Below, in pieces: positions 30,138-39,745 of a stretch of DNA of 64,000 bases. Origin of the DNA: a virus (taxonomy: Duplodnaviria > Caudoviricetes); IMG/VR virus record IMGVR_UViG_3300011008_002712; one strand, given 5' to 3'. How positions within the stretch are numbered: the stretch's first letter is position 1; every line of letters starts with the position of its first letter. The notes beneath the pieces are model-generated. The model worked only from the letters and a program-made list of their open reading frames with translations. It ran no database searches and was not told where the DNA came from. The position numbers and the translations under genes were made by a program.

Positions 30138-30323
30138 GCTGTTCTTTCAATTCATAGATCACTTCCTTTAGTTTATTATGTGGGGAAATCGAAACAAAAG
30201 GCCAAGCATCTTTCTTAAAATTACAGAATTATTAGTTTGAACAATTTTTACTTAAAATTTCTGAGAGTACATCAAAAAATTATTTATTTTTATTTAAAAC
30301 AATGATATAATCTATATTAGAAC

Positions 30324-30695
30324 TTGGTGTCAATATTATTGGAGGTTGATAAAATGAAAGAAGTAGTTTTAGTAAACATGTACACTGAAGACGATAATGT
30401 ATGCTTACAAACAATGGGAAAGAAAATGTTTGATTCTTTGGAAGATTCAACTCATCGTATAATATGTGATAATGAATCTCCAGTAACAAAAATCTCAAAA
30501 ATCAATATAGCAAAAACAATGCATGAGCAAATGTATTATGAATGGAAAGACGGAAAGTTTTTCACACATAGAACATCTCTCCCTAAAATCATTAGAAATT
30601 ATATCTGCATAAGAAAAATTTTTCAATTAGCTAATCCAACATTTTTGCATCTCCTGATTGATATTGATATGAAGATTTTTAATTTTGGAACGTAA
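30324..30695 (+). CDS. Hypothetical protein
   Basis: GGAGG RBS before ATG 30354. Confidence 0.55.
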   Translation: MVSILLEVDKMKEVVLVNMYTEDDNVCLQTMGKKMFDSLEDSTHRIICDNESPVTKISKINIAKTMHEQMYYEWKDGKFFTHRTSLPKIIRNYICIRKIFQLANPTFLHLLIDIDMKIFNFGT

Positions 30696-30830
30696 AAAAC
30701 TGCTACGATTGGCAAGTCCTTTATCGTGAATTTTCCCCTTTTTCCAATCTCTATGAAACACTTTTAAGATCTTTGCATGCTCAGATTTGCAAGATTCAAG
30801 CTCTTTCTTCATTGTAGTCAAATCTCTCAT
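30627..30830 (-). CDS. Hypothetical protein
   Basis: GGGAG RBS behind promoter 30857..30888. Confidence 0.55.
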   Translation of the reverse strand: MRDLTTMKKELESCKSEHAKILKVFHRDWKKGKIHDKGLANRSSFLRSKIKNLHININQEMQKCWIS

Positions 30831-30856
30831 ATCATCATCTCCCTTAACTTGATTCC

Positions 30857-30888
30857 ATTATATTACAACGTATAAAATTTGTAAATAG
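30857..30888 (-). promoter_or_regulatory. Early-type promoter
   Basis: CTATTTACA-N17-TATAAT. Confidence 0.7.
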
Positions 30889-31060
30889 ATTAAGAAAAAA
30901 TTTTTGTAATTAAAAAGGCTAGAAAACTCTAACCCTATAAACTTAATTGATCTCCTTTGTAAATTATGTGATTGTACTTTCATGCTGTACATGAGTACCA
31001 GTAATACGTCCAGTGGAATGTTTAATACTAATCTTAATATAATAAAAAGAGGTGACATAT

Positions 31061-31537
31061 ATGAAAAGACTATCAAAATTTAACACATTAGACATGGAAG
31101 ATTTAGGATTAGATACAACAAAAGCACTAAATTTAATACAACAAACAGATAAAAGATTAACCCCTAATGATGCCATTTTATATAATAATTCTTATTGTTC
31201 GTTCGGAGGAATATATAAAGAAAATAATTCAACAGCGAAAGACAATACATTATTTGCAGTAGAATTTTATGCTTATCTTATATACAATGATGAACTTGAT
31301 GACGATATGGCTTACGTAGGAGTAATCGCTACAAATATTAATTATTTAGATGAAAATAATGAATTAACTACTCCAAAATTGGGCCAAGGGCAATACGTTG
31401 AAATTTATAATTCAAACAAAAAACCTAATGAACTAATCAACGAACTTAAAAACAATGTTAGCGTACACGGATTATCTTTAAAATATATTTCTGGAACATT
31501 TGATGAAGCAACTCAAAAATTAGATATTTGTGCTTGA
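31061..31537 (+). CDS. MKRL-start protein, paralog of 51348..51881
   Basis: GAGGTG RBS; FGGIYxExNS...LFxVEF...YxGxxAT...GL.L.Y...EA..KL shared. Confidence 0.65.
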   Translation: MKRLSKFNTLDMEDLGLDTTKALNLIQQTDKRLTPNDAILYNNSYCSFGGIYKENNSTAKDNTLFAVEFYAYLIYNDELDDDMAYVGVIATNINYLDENNELTTPKLGQGQYVEIYNSNKKPNELINELKNNVSVHGLSLKYISGTFDEATQKLDICA

Positions 31538-31854
31538 AGTTCTTTCATTGCTTCTTCAAATTTTATGTCTTGAAATTTAAGAAACACAGTAACACATGGA
31601 GATAGATTTTTTGAACCAGGAGCACGATGATCTTGAACCAAGAAATCATTAGAGACTACAATTTCAGTCTCTATTTTTTTATATGATGTAAGATATGCAA
31701 ACACTAAAATCTTTTCGTTGAGAGAATTTTTGATTGGCGCTATTCCTTTAAAATTTTTCAAATGTTTTATATATGGTTTCATTTCTGTAGCGTTACTGCT
31801 AAGATATACATTATGATCATTTAAAAGTTCATAAAGCATATTGATATTTTTCAT
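31513..31854 (-). CDS. Hypothetical protein
   Basis: Coupled to 31851..32294. Confidence 0.5.
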   Translation of the reverse strand: MKNINMLYELLNDHNVYLSSNATEMKPYIKHLKNFKGIAPIKNSLNEKILVFAYLTSYKKIETEIVVSNDFLVQDHRAPGSKNLSPCVTVFLKFQDIKFEEAMKELQAQISNF

Positions 31855-32294
31855 CTAACTATCTCCTCAAAAGCAATTAGTTGAGTGGGTTCAATATTTT
31901 TTGATTGATAATTTTCTATGCTTTCTCTAAATAATTGAATATACTGCCTGTAGTAAAAAAAATCAATATTCGCAATGATCGAAATACTCTTATCTTGAAA
32001 AGGTTGTTCGAAATAAATATCATTATCTATGTTTAAATCGCAGTTGCAATGAATAACAATAAATTTGTCACCAAATTGAAAAAGAAATTTTTCCAAATCT
32101 TTGAAATCAATCAAAACGATATTTTTAAAATTATTATTTTTTAGTACATCATATGCATAACCAGCAGTCCCATTCATAACCGGATCGATTATACAAAAAA
32201 TAAATCTTTTTGCCGGCATGCTAAAAATTCTATCATGAAGTTTCCAAAATTTATGTATAAGTTTTTGTTCTTCTAAATAAGAAAAGTTTTTCAT
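31851..32294 (-). CDS. Hypothetical protein
   Basis: GAGGAG RBS behind promoter 32316..32347. Confidence 0.55.
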   Translation of the reverse strand: MKNFSYLEEQKLIHKFWKLHDRIFSMPAKRFIFCIIDPVMNGTAGYAYDVLKNNNFKNIVLIDFKDLEKFLFQFGDKFIVIHCNCDLNIDNDIYFEQPFQDKSISIIANIDFFYYRQYIQLFRESIENYQSKNIEPTQLIAFEEIVR

Positions 32295-32315
32295 AATGTT
32301 TCTCCTCTCTTTATT

Positions 32316-32347
32316 ATTTTATCATATAACAAGATAAATGTAAATAG
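32316..32347 (-). promoter_or_regulatory. Early-type promoter preceded by terminator hairpin
   Basis: CTATTTACA-N17-TAAAAT; hairpin AAGAGAAGA..TCTTCTCTT at ~32360-32383. Confidence 0.65.
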
Positions 32348-32413
32348 TTTATAAAAGAAAAAGAGAAGATTTATCTTCTCTTACTCTTCAAAAAGATGAT
32401 TTTGTTGTTTTAA

Positions 32414-32905
32414 TTAAAAACAATGAGAATTATCGAATGTCTTATCCATGCGAGCTAGCCAGATGAATTCCTTGATATAATCAACTTGGCGAAGATAAAC
32501 ATCTATAACCTTGTGATAATCAATCGTGATAGAGTCACCAGGTACTTCTCGTTCAATGATAATCCATATCATCTTGGAAATAGTCTCTCGCAATTCATTT
32601 GAGAAATGCTCTTCATCAATGTAGACATCAAAGAAAAGATCACCAAGATCATCAAGAATATTATCGCAAGCAATCCTTCGCTGTTCTTCTACCTTAGTGT
32701 AAATCTCAGCATTGAATTCGGGAAGACTTGCGAGATAAGCATCATAAATCTTGTTGATGTAATTACGCTTTGTCTCATAATCAAACACCTTAGAACGACC
32801 TATACGGTCGCTTCCATATTCACCATTAGTGCGGTGATAGGTGAAACCCAATTGTTTGGCGTCTGGAATATTTTTGATTAACGCTTCAATTTTTTCTTTA
32901 TTCAT
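32414..32905 (-). CDS. Hypothetical protein
   Basis: GAGG RBS. Confidence 0.6.
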   Translation of the reverse strand: MNKEKIEALIKNIPDAKQLGFTYHRTNGEYGSDRIGRSKVFDYETKRNYINKIYDAYLASLPEFNAEIYTKVEEQRRIACDNILDDLGDLFFDVYIDEEHFSNELRETISKMIWIIIEREVPGDSITIDYHKVIDVYLRQVDYIKEFIWLARMDKTFDNSHCF

Positions 32906-33047
32906 GCTTTTTCCTCATACTTTCTCTGAAAAGAAAATTATAAAAAACACCAACAAAAAACAAGGAGTAAATATCCTCACACCATATGGTGTAAAACAAC
33001 GACATTGCAAAAAATATGAAATTAAAAATTTCCATTTAATTACCTCC

Positions 33048-33341
33048 TTAACGAATCTTTTCAAATCGCGGTAGGTCTTCATATTCCGAATATTTATCAT
33101 CCACGGCGCTGGTATCGTCAGTGCTGTCATCATCGTCATAGTACGGAATATCCCTATCATGAATTCCATGGCCATTCAAAGTAACACCCGGGAATAAGCC
33201 TTCACGTTCTTTACGTTTTTCCTCTTCGCGTAAACTTTGTTCATACAAAAATTCGTCAATTGCTACTTGGCGGTCGTACTCTCTATCGAGTTCTTTCTCC
33301 AATTCCCAATTGTATTCGTTTTCATTGCCCCAAATGCTCAT
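33048..33341 (-). CDS. Highly acidic small protein
   Basis: GGAGGT RBS; D/E-rich. Confidence 0.6.
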   Translation of the reverse strand: MSIWGNENEYNWELEKELDREYDRQVAIDEFLYEQSLREEEKRKEREGLFPGVTLNGHGIHDRDIPYYDDDDSTDDTSAVDDKYSEYEDLPRFEKIR

Positions 33342-33360
33342 AATATTTTACCTCCTTCAA

Positions 33361-33735
33361 TTATCTCAATCCAAGAGTGCTAGCGGAGCAGGTGTACTGC
33401 GTTCCTTTTTGATCCCGAATTACAAAACAATTGATTCTTGCTCTCGGCTTGAATCCAACCAAAACAAATTTCTTGCCGTTGATGACGAACTCTTTTCCAT
33501 AATCATCCGGTGTGATTCCGTATCTATTCCCCAGAACGTTATGCTCAAACATAACTTTTTCCGCATCTTCAGCATTGCTTCCATTTGTAACCTCAATCTT
33601 TGTGCTGAAGAAATTTTCTGTATAAGAAATGCTATTGCCAAATGAAATGCTTACATCGTACTTATCTTCCAGTGCCTTGACAGCTTCCATAAAATCCTTC
33701 TTGAAGTTGTTGAAGTTTTCTTTATTCATTTTCAT
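33361..33735 (-). CDS. Hypothetical protein
   Basis: AAGGAG RBS behind promoter 33769..33800. Confidence 0.6.
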   Translation of the reverse strand: MKMNKENFNNFKKDFMEAVKALEDKYDVSISFGNSISYTENFFSTKIEVTNGSNAEDAEKVMFEHNVLGNRYGITPDDYGKEFVINGKKFVLVGFKPRARINCFVIRDQKGTQYTCSASTLGLR

Positions 33736-33768
33736 ATGTACCGCACTCCTTTACTTGTTTATGTATTT

Positions 33769-33800
33769 ATTGTATCACAAATTTCGGAAAATGTAAATAG
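33769..33800 (-). promoter_or_regulatory. Early-type promoter
   Basis: CTATTTACA-N17-TACAAT. Confidence 0.65.
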
Positions 33801-34146
33801 TAAAATGCAAAATTTTATGATTTTATGCAAAAAAAATGGTGATAGTTACATAGCCATCACAAATTCTTTTTAAAGATAAATCTAATTTTGAAAATAACAA
33901 ACGACTCTAAGAGTGAAAAATTTTCACAACAAAGAGCTAACATCGATATTAATTTTCGAATAATGTAATCTAATTAAAAAACACAAGTTGAATAAGCCTG
34001 CTGGCACACTATTGCCTTTCACTTACTATCCTTCGGTTACTCTATGGCGGTGCGAAGTACTCCGTTCAAAACAAATATTTTTCAATTATCTTACAAAAAT
34101 TATATATAACAAAAGCTCATCATTATTTCTGATGAGCTACAATAAA

Positions 34147-34638
34147 TCAACTGAATTCACAAGCTGTTTGATATTCGATTGGCGTTGAATGCTGTTTCAT
34201 AAACTCACTACATGTGAATTCATTACCATACTCATCTACGATAAGATTTTCTGGATTGTCAATGTTTTCGTTGATGATTTTTTTATGAATCATCAATGTC
34301 CAATGAAATGATGTAGTATATTCTGGTTCATTGCCACAACATGGACATTTTTCATTCCAGTATATGTTTTTTTCTTGTATATATTTTTCTAGAAATTCTT
34401 TGGCATGAGCCTGATCTTCCATTCCTTCAAACAACAACCCAATATCAGGATTGTGACTTCCATGTATTGCCGTTGTGCCGTATCTATGCATTGTAGTGCC
34501 ACACTTATGACAATACATTCCAGCTCCAGAACTTTTCCCAATATGCATAAAAATACTATCTTCAGATATTTCCGGTTTTTTTGCATTTTCCTCAAACCAC
34601 TTAGGAAGTTTTTTCCAATAAAAATTTGTGCTCATCAA
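34147..34638 (-). CDS. Hypothetical Zn-binding phage protein
   Basis: MSTNFY, HIGKSSGAG, CHKC/CPCC, IVDEYG. Confidence 0.65.
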   Translation of the reverse strand: MMSTNFYWKKLPKWFEENAKKPEISEDSIFMHIGKSSGAGMYCHKCGTTMHRYGTTAIHGSHNPDIGLLFEGMEDQAHAKEFLEKYIQEKNIYWNEKCPCCGNEPEYTTSFHWTLMIHKKIINENIDNPENLIVDEYGNEFTCSEFMKQHSTPIEYQTACEFS

Positions 34639-34647
34639 TAACTCCTT

Positions 34648-34929
34648 TCAACACATATCAAACGGAATGTTTTTCAGTCGATATAGACAATGCTCACGAG
34701 TATGAGCATCTGGAGACCAGATAGTAGAACGAAGTTTTTGCTTTCTAGTAAGATTATTCCAAACTTTTCTCAATTCGATTTTGGTCAAGTGTGTCTTAGC
34801 AAAAACTGCATGACCATCATATCCACAGTAATCAATACTAAACTTCATTCCTTTTCCTCCTTTGTTCTGCGTATATCTTTTTATTTTCTTCAGAAAGAAC
34901 TTGTTCAACAAATTCGGGATTTTCATCAC
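34648..34929 (-). CDS. Hypothetical protein
   Basis: Likely start MKFSID behind GGAGG. Confidence 0.5.
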   Translation of the reverse strand: MMKIPNLLNKFFLKKIKRYTQNKGGKGMKFSIDYCGYDGHAVFAKTHLTKIELRKVWNNLTRKQKLRSTIWSPDAHTREHCLYRLKNIPFDMC

Positions 34930-35416
34930 ACAATTTTACCCATTCATCCATCCACTTGTTGTAATTGGGATTAGTCGGATCATCAGGAGGTATACACATG
35001 GTGAACTCAAGAGGACCTTTGTTTTCAATTGGCACTTTAAATTGTTTCGCCCAAGGTATAAAAATACTTGAATAAACGTCTGCGAGTTCTTGCCAAACCT
35101 TAAAGTAAAATATGATTTCAATGGTTTTTTCAGGAACAGCTTTTTCATTTATTACAACATCATCTTTATCAGATTGATAACACGAAAATTCAATCAATAA
35201 ATCTGCTTTATCATTACGATTCTTCTTTCTCCAAAGAAATCTAACCGGATATGTATCTTTTAAGCGCGAAATATACATCCCAGGAATTTGGCTAATCAAT
35301 CCCTTTTCATCATGACCGCAATACACTTTTATTGTCATGTTTTTATGATAAAAAGTTTCCAATTTAGAGACAACTTTTTTCATTTCAGTTTCTAGCTTTA
35401 CATTCATGATGCTCAC
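34838..35416 (-). CDS. Hypothetical protein
   Basis: Behind promoter 35428..35459. Confidence 0.55.
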   Translation of the reverse strand: MSIMNVKLETEMKKVVSKLETFYHKNMTIKVYCGHDEKGLISQIPGMYISRLKDTYPVRFLWRKKNRNDKADLLIEFSCYQSDKDDVVINEKAVPEKTIEIIFYFKVWQELADVYSSIFIPWAKQFKVPIENKGPLEFTMCIPPDDPTNPNYNKWMDEWVKLCDENPEFVEQVLSEENKKIYAEQRRKRNEV

Positions 35417-35427
35417 CCCTTAATATG

Positions 35428-35459
35428 ATTATATCATATAAATTCAAAAATGTAAATAG
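35428..35459 (-). promoter_or_regulatory. Early-type promoter
   Basis: CTATTTACA-N17-TATAAT. Confidence 0.7.
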
Positions 35460-35632
35460 TAAAAATCATTTTATTTATTGCGGCTAATCAAAAATTTTTG
35501 AACATATTTTTTCAAGGAATCCAAATCTTTATAAATTTGATTGCCAGTAATGTATAACCTGCCTAATCCTTTTATGCCAGTGTCCATAATTTCATCACGT
35601 GCAGCAAACAGATTCTTATTGAGAATCCTATA

Positions 35633-35971
35633 TCACATCAATTTTCCAGACACATTGCCTTCATTATCAACCGGATATACTCCAGCTAAACAAACTATAT
35701 CGTCATATCCCCTGCGCACAAGCTCGGCAACAAAACATTTGCCATATAAAATATTTGTTATACCAAGAGGTGGATCTTGATATACATAGAATTCTTCCAT
35801 TTCTAAAGTGGGTTCATACCAGTCGCCATCCTCTGGATAAATTGGTTTATTTTTAGATCTAAGTTCATCTAAATGTTTTTCAGCGTCTTCTTTTGTGACA
35901 AAGTATTTTTCAAATTGTTTTATTGATTTTAAATCTTCTAATAATCCAGCGAGTTTCTTATAAAAAGACAT
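35633..35971 (-). CDS. Hypothetical protein
   Basis: 112-aa ORF. Confidence 0.5.
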   Translation of the reverse strand: MSFYKKLAGLLEDLKSIKQFEKYFVTKEDAEKHLDELRSKNKPIYPEDGDWYEPTLEMEEFYVYQDPPLGITNILYGKCFVAELVRRGYDDIVCLAGVYPVDNEGNVSGKLM

Positions 35972-36101
35972 TATAATTCTTTTTTTTGATTATGTTATTA
36001 GTTTTTATTACTAAAGATTTTGCATACCTAATAATTTTATCAATCATAAAATCACACCTTTTTTTAAAGAACATAAGCGGACATTACGTCCGTTTGTTTG
36101 T

Positions 36102-36398
36102 TTAGCATCCACGATCAATGACTTCTTTCTGACGTCTTACTACATCTAACAATTGTTTCAAAAGTTCAAATTTTTTAACTTGCGTTTCATCTGTACAGAA
36201 AATACTTTTTTGATAATCTGGAGATCCATGATATGAAGCGTCATATATCGTATATAAGCAATTGTTTACATTATCAATAAGAACTTCATTTGCAGTGCGT
36301 CTTTCTCCAATAATGTTTTTAATCATTTGAAGCAACAGTGTTTCTTCATCAACATCAAACTTTATGCTTTTAAGAGTTATGTTTGCTTGGATTTCCAT
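36102..36398 (-). CDS. Hypothetical protein
   Basis: GGAG RBS; SYHGSP motif. Confidence 0.6.
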   Translation of the reverse strand: MEIQANITLKSIKFDVDEETLLLQMIKNIIGERRTANEVLIDNVNNCLYTIYDASYHGSPDYQKSIFCTDETQVKKFELLKQLLDVVRRQKEVIDRGC

Positions 36399-36410
36399 TT
36401 TTGTCTCCTA

Positions 36411-36983
36411 TTATTGATGACTTAAAGAAAACTTCTTATTATATTCTATGACTTCATCCAAAGTTCTTGGAGTAAAATCAAGAATATCTGCGCCTACATT
36501 ATATGCATTATCTATATTCTGCATAATTTTTAATGTTTGGTTTTCCGTGTTATTATGGATATGCCCGTACAAATGAATGCTTCCTCTGAAAAAACCATTC
36601 CATTCAAGAATCGGATAATGGGAAAGAATGATTCTTTTGTTTTCGCCGTTCAACTCATCTCTAATTTCAGAATAATCTGAAATCCATTTCGCAATCTTTT
36701 GCTTCAAATATTTCTGTTTGTTTTTTAAAATGTCATAATCATGATTTCCCATTATGATAATTTTTTTCCCATTGAGTTTGCTCAAATATTCATCTGGACT
36801 CTTGGAACCCTTGCTAAAAGAAACATCTCCAAGGATATATACAGTATCTTCATCACTTACTGCTTGATTCCAATTTTTGATCATAGTCTGATCCATTTCG
36901 TCCACTGTTTGAAATGGACGCTGGCAAAGCCTGATGATGTTATAATGTCCGAAATGAGTATCTGCAATGTAAAAATTTTTCAT
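36411..36983 (-). CDS. Calcineurin-like metallophosphoesterase
   Basis: ADTHFGH, LGD, GNHD, HYP, GHIH. Confidence 0.88.
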   Translation of the reverse strand: MKNFYIADTHFGHYNIIRLCQRPFQTVDEMDQTMIKNWNQAVSDEDTVYILGDVSFSKGSKSPDEYLSKLNGKKIIIMGNHDYDILKNKQKYLKQKIAKWISDYSEIRDELNGENKRIILSHYPILEWNGFFRGSIHLYGHIHNNTENQTLKIMQNIDNAYNVGADILDFTPRTLDEVIEYNKKFSLSHQ

Positions 36984-36986
36984 GTT

Positions 36987-37379
36987 TTATTTTTTCCTTT
37001 CAAGTCTCTCGATTTCGGCAACGATAAGCGCTGCCGCGCGAATCAAATTACTCCGATCATCCTTCAACTTAGGAGGATTATCAAATGGCCAGATAATTTT
37101 TTCAACACCTGGACAAGCGTATACGGCCGCTGCTATCGCTAGGTCTCCGTGAACGAACTTGTCATCGTGCTCCTTGGAATAGCCCTCTTCTTTGACCTGA
37201 CGAATTCTCTCAGCCTGAATCTCGTCATAGACTGTGTACGGAGAGATTCCGTTGATTTCTGGGTCAATGTCAGCGTAGTCAATGAGAAATGTTTCATGTG
37301 CATCTGCTACACCCTCAGCTTCGACTACAGCGTAATCGTTCTTACCGTTGTATTCATATTCAATCTTGTACTTTCCCAT
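36987..37379 (-). CDS. Conserved phage protein (ER.RQ..EG...HDD family)
   Basis: AERIRQVKEEGYSKEHDD...WPF...NLIRAAALIVAEIERL. Confidence 0.7.
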   Translation of the reverse strand: MGKYKIEYEYNGKNDYAVVEAEGVADAHETFLIDYADIDPEINGISPYTVYDEIQAERIRQVKEEGYSKEHDDKFVHGDLAIAAAVYACPGVEKIIWPFDNPPKLKDDRSNLIRAAALIVAEIERLERKK

Positions 37380-37402
37380 ATTCTTTTCCCCTTCCTTATT
37401 TG

Positions 37403-37455
37403 TTACCTCTTGAGTCTATTATACCATGTTATTCAGTGTTTGTAAATAGTTTTTT
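37403..37455 (-). repeat. Long promoter cassette copy
   Basis: + strand TTACCTCTTGAGTCTATTATACCATGTTATTCAGTGTTTGTAAATAGTTTTT. Confidence 0.85.
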
Positions 37456-37493
37456 CAATTTTTTATAATATTTACCTCCTGTTTTTACCTCTT

Positions 37494-37889
37494 TTAATTT
37501 TTCATCCAATATCCATATAACGATTTCTCTCCACTGTCCCATGTGTCATAGAAACTTCCGTCAACGCTTGCTACAAGATGATGTGCTGTTCTCATTACAC
37601 AAGTCTTGTGTTCATCTGTTGCGAATTTCTTGACCGTCGGTCTCTTTGTTCCTTTGCGGTTTGATATGCCGTGATACTCAAACCCATTCTCCAGCAAAAC
37701 CGCTTCATACACTGGCTTTGAGTTTGGCAAACACTGGAAATCTCTTCCCTTTTCCACCAACATATCGTATACTTCTATCCACTCTTTGTTGAGTACTTTG
37801 CATATTGCACGAATAACGCAGTCCCCGTAATTATCTTTAAGGTCTTTCTTGTTTGGTTGGAAATAAACAAAGTTTCTTGATTTTCCCAT
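37494..37889 (-). CDS. Papain-like-fold phage protein (GDCVIRAI family)
   Basis: DCVIRA ... HHL ... YDTWDS possible Cys-His-Asp triad. Confidence 0.55.
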   Translation of the reverse strand: MGKSRNFVYFQPNKKDLKDNYGDCVIRAICKVLNKEWIEVYDMLVEKGRDFQCLPNSKPVYEAVLLENGFEYHGISNRKGTKRPTVKKFATDEHKTCVMRTAHHLVASVDGSFYDTWDSGEKSLYGYWMKN

Positions 37890-37940
37890 CTAAATCACCC
37901 TTTTTCTAAAATCTCACATGATTTTCACCTACCACGTCAT

Positions 37941-38543
37941 CTATGCATTCAACAATTTCATTATTTCTTCTTTTATTGCTTTCAGAGATTTGCCTCTGTG
38001 TGAGATTTTATTTTTTTCTTCAGCAGTGATATCTGCGAATGTTTTGTCTTCTGTAAAATAGAAATATGGATCGTATGAAAAACCAAAGCTGCCGTGAGGA
38101 GTTGTTTTGATTGTGCCCTTGACATCTTTTTCTACGGTGATTTCTTTGCCGTCTGGGAAAACAAGTGCAATAGCAGAAACATATCTTGCGGGTGAAGATG
38201 CCTTGTTGATTTTATTCATTTCTTCGATGAGTTTTTCGTTGTTGGTTTTATCGTCAGCATGGGCACCGGTCCAACGAGCCGAAAAAACTCCAGGTTTGTT
38301 ATCAAGATATTCTACTTCCAAGCCAGAATCGTCACTGATGCAAGGAAGATTTGTAAGATTGGCATAAAATCTTGCTTTTTGTAAAGCATTGCCGATAAAA
38401 GTATCTGAAGTTTCTTCTGCATCAACAGAAACATGTAAATCTTTCAAAGAAAGAACTTCGCAAGGAAGGTTTTTTAGTGCCGATTTGAATTCGTTGATCT
38501 TGCCAGGATTTTGAGAAGCAATGACAAACTTCATGTTTTTCAT
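37941..38543 (-). CDS. rdgB: Non-canonical purine NTP pyrophosphatase (HAM1/RdgB)
   Basis: ASQNPGK, EET..TF..NA..KA, DDSGL, PGVFSARW, GFSYDP, KNKISHR. Confidence 0.92.
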   Translation of the reverse strand: MKNMKFVIASQNPGKINEFKSALKNLPCEVLSLKDLHVSVDAEETSDTFIGNALQKARFYANLTNLPCISDDSGLEVEYLDNKPGVFSARWTGAHADDKTNNEKLIEEMNKINKASSPARYVSAIALVFPDGKEITVEKDVKGTIKTTPHGSFGFSYDPYFYFTEDKTFADITAEEKNKISHRGKSLKAIKEEIMKLLNA

Positions 38544-38568
38544 CCTTTCTGCTCTCTGTTTGTTCTTT

Positions 38569-38622
38569 CCTTACCTCTGTATTTATTATATCACAGCTAT
38601 ATAAAAATGTAAATAGTTTTTT
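38569..38622 (-). promoter_or_regulatory. Promoter cassette variant
   Basis: CCTTACCTCT...ATTATA-N17-TGTAAATAG on + strand. Confidence 0.7.
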
Positions 38623-38631
38623 CAAAATTTC

Positions 38632-38850
38632 CTACTGCGACAAAGAGTTTTGTTTGTTTAAAAATTCAACAAATTTAAAAAGCTCAGATTCTAGCCGAGG
38701 AAAATCCTCAATAAACCTGTCAAGATGATATGTTGAATTAATTTTTGAATGAGTCTTATTTATGTAATCATCGCGAAATTTATAGCACAATTTTCCTGGC
38801 ATTACAAATAAATCCCATTTATCGTTTACATCATCTCCACGGACTACCAA
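38632..38850 (-). CDS. Hypothetical protein
   Basis: Short ORF overlapping the end of the dcd-like gene. Confidence 0.35.
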   Translation of the reverse strand: MVVRGDDVNDKWDLFVMPGKLCYKFRDDYINKTHSKINSTYHLDRFIEDFPRLESELFKFVEFLNKQNSLSQ

Positions 38851-39404
38851 TGAAATTTCAGATTGTGCAGTTTTTCATTAGAGATTTTTCCTGTTACTTC
38901 TTCAAATACTATCTGTGCAATGATTAAATTTGGATAAATGTCTATTATGTTACGAGTCGCATTATATAACCCAATATACAAATATCCATTAAAATTGGGA
39001 TCTATATGTTGGTCATACATAATCAATCCTAATTTAATCAATGTTCGCCATGAGCGTAAGTGTGCAGTCATATTTTCAGGCATAGATAATTTTTCTTTTG
39101 TTTTTACTAAGATGTATTCACCAGGTTTGATATGATATCCATTAGCAATTTCAATTTTATGAGAAATTAATTCTATTTGTTTTTTGTTATTCAAATTAAC
39201 AATCTCATTTAAAGACTGATACACTATGGCTACTTTTCCTGATAAAATACAATATGATGTTGTTTGTAGTTGTTTTTCGTTAAAAGGTTCTAATAATTTA
39301 TTATTAGCAACTAATTCTCTTATTTTTTGATCTGACAACATAAAAACACCAGTTTCTATATAAAAATAAAAAATTACCAAGCAATTAATTTTAATCTTTA
39401 GCAT
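38844..39404 (-). CDS. dcd: dCTP deaminase-like protein (active site degenerate)
   Basis: MLSD..I, I.PGEYILV.T.E...MP, IDP.F.G, IAQIVF; RSS and the catalytic Glu are replaced. Confidence 0.65.
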   Translation of the reverse strand: MLKIKINCLVIFYFYIETGVFMLSDQKIRELVANNKLLEPFNEKQLQTTSYCILSGKVAIVYQSLNEIVNLNNKKQIELISHKIEIANGYHIKPGEYILVKTKEKLSMPENMTAHLRSWRTLIKLGLIMYDQHIDPNFNGYLYIGLYNATRNIIDIYPNLIIAQIVFEEVTGKISNEKLHNLKFHW

Positions 39405-39745
39405 CCATCATACGTCATCTCAATAGCAGGCGAACCTTCAAAAACACTATTGAATAAATCTTCTAGCATGAACGAATAATCTTGTGCAATTGATTTTCTG
39501 TATATCTTACAATCTTTAACTTTTTCTACATCTACATTTTGATCAGAAAGAATATGCATGATATACTCATCTTTTTCTTCAAATTCTTTTGTGATATCTT
39601 CTGCTTTATATGTTTCATAATCATCAGTCGCATCTAAAAATCCATCTAAAAATTTCTTTTCTGTATCATTCAACAGATCTTCGTGAACAAAAATAATAAA
39701 ACTTGAGCTTGACGAGTTAGTTACAAAATCTTCTCTTATTCTCAT
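39398..39745 (-). CDS. TNSSSSS-tag protein E (orphan copy)
   Basis: MRIREDFVTNSSSSSFI; AGGAGG RBS. Confidence 0.85.
   Translation of the reverse strand: MRIREDFVTNSSSSSFIIFVHEDLLNDTEKKFLDGFLDATDDYETYKAEDITKEFEEKDEYIMHILSDQNVDVEKVKDCKIYRKSIAQDYSFMLEDLFNSVFEGSPAIEMTYDGC

Noticed and set aside
34114-34138. CTGATGAG as a hammerhead ribozyme core
   Set aside because: It is one arm of a simple hairpin (AGCTCATCA/TGATGAGCT) after a stop codon; no GAAA-flanked three-stem junction is seen.
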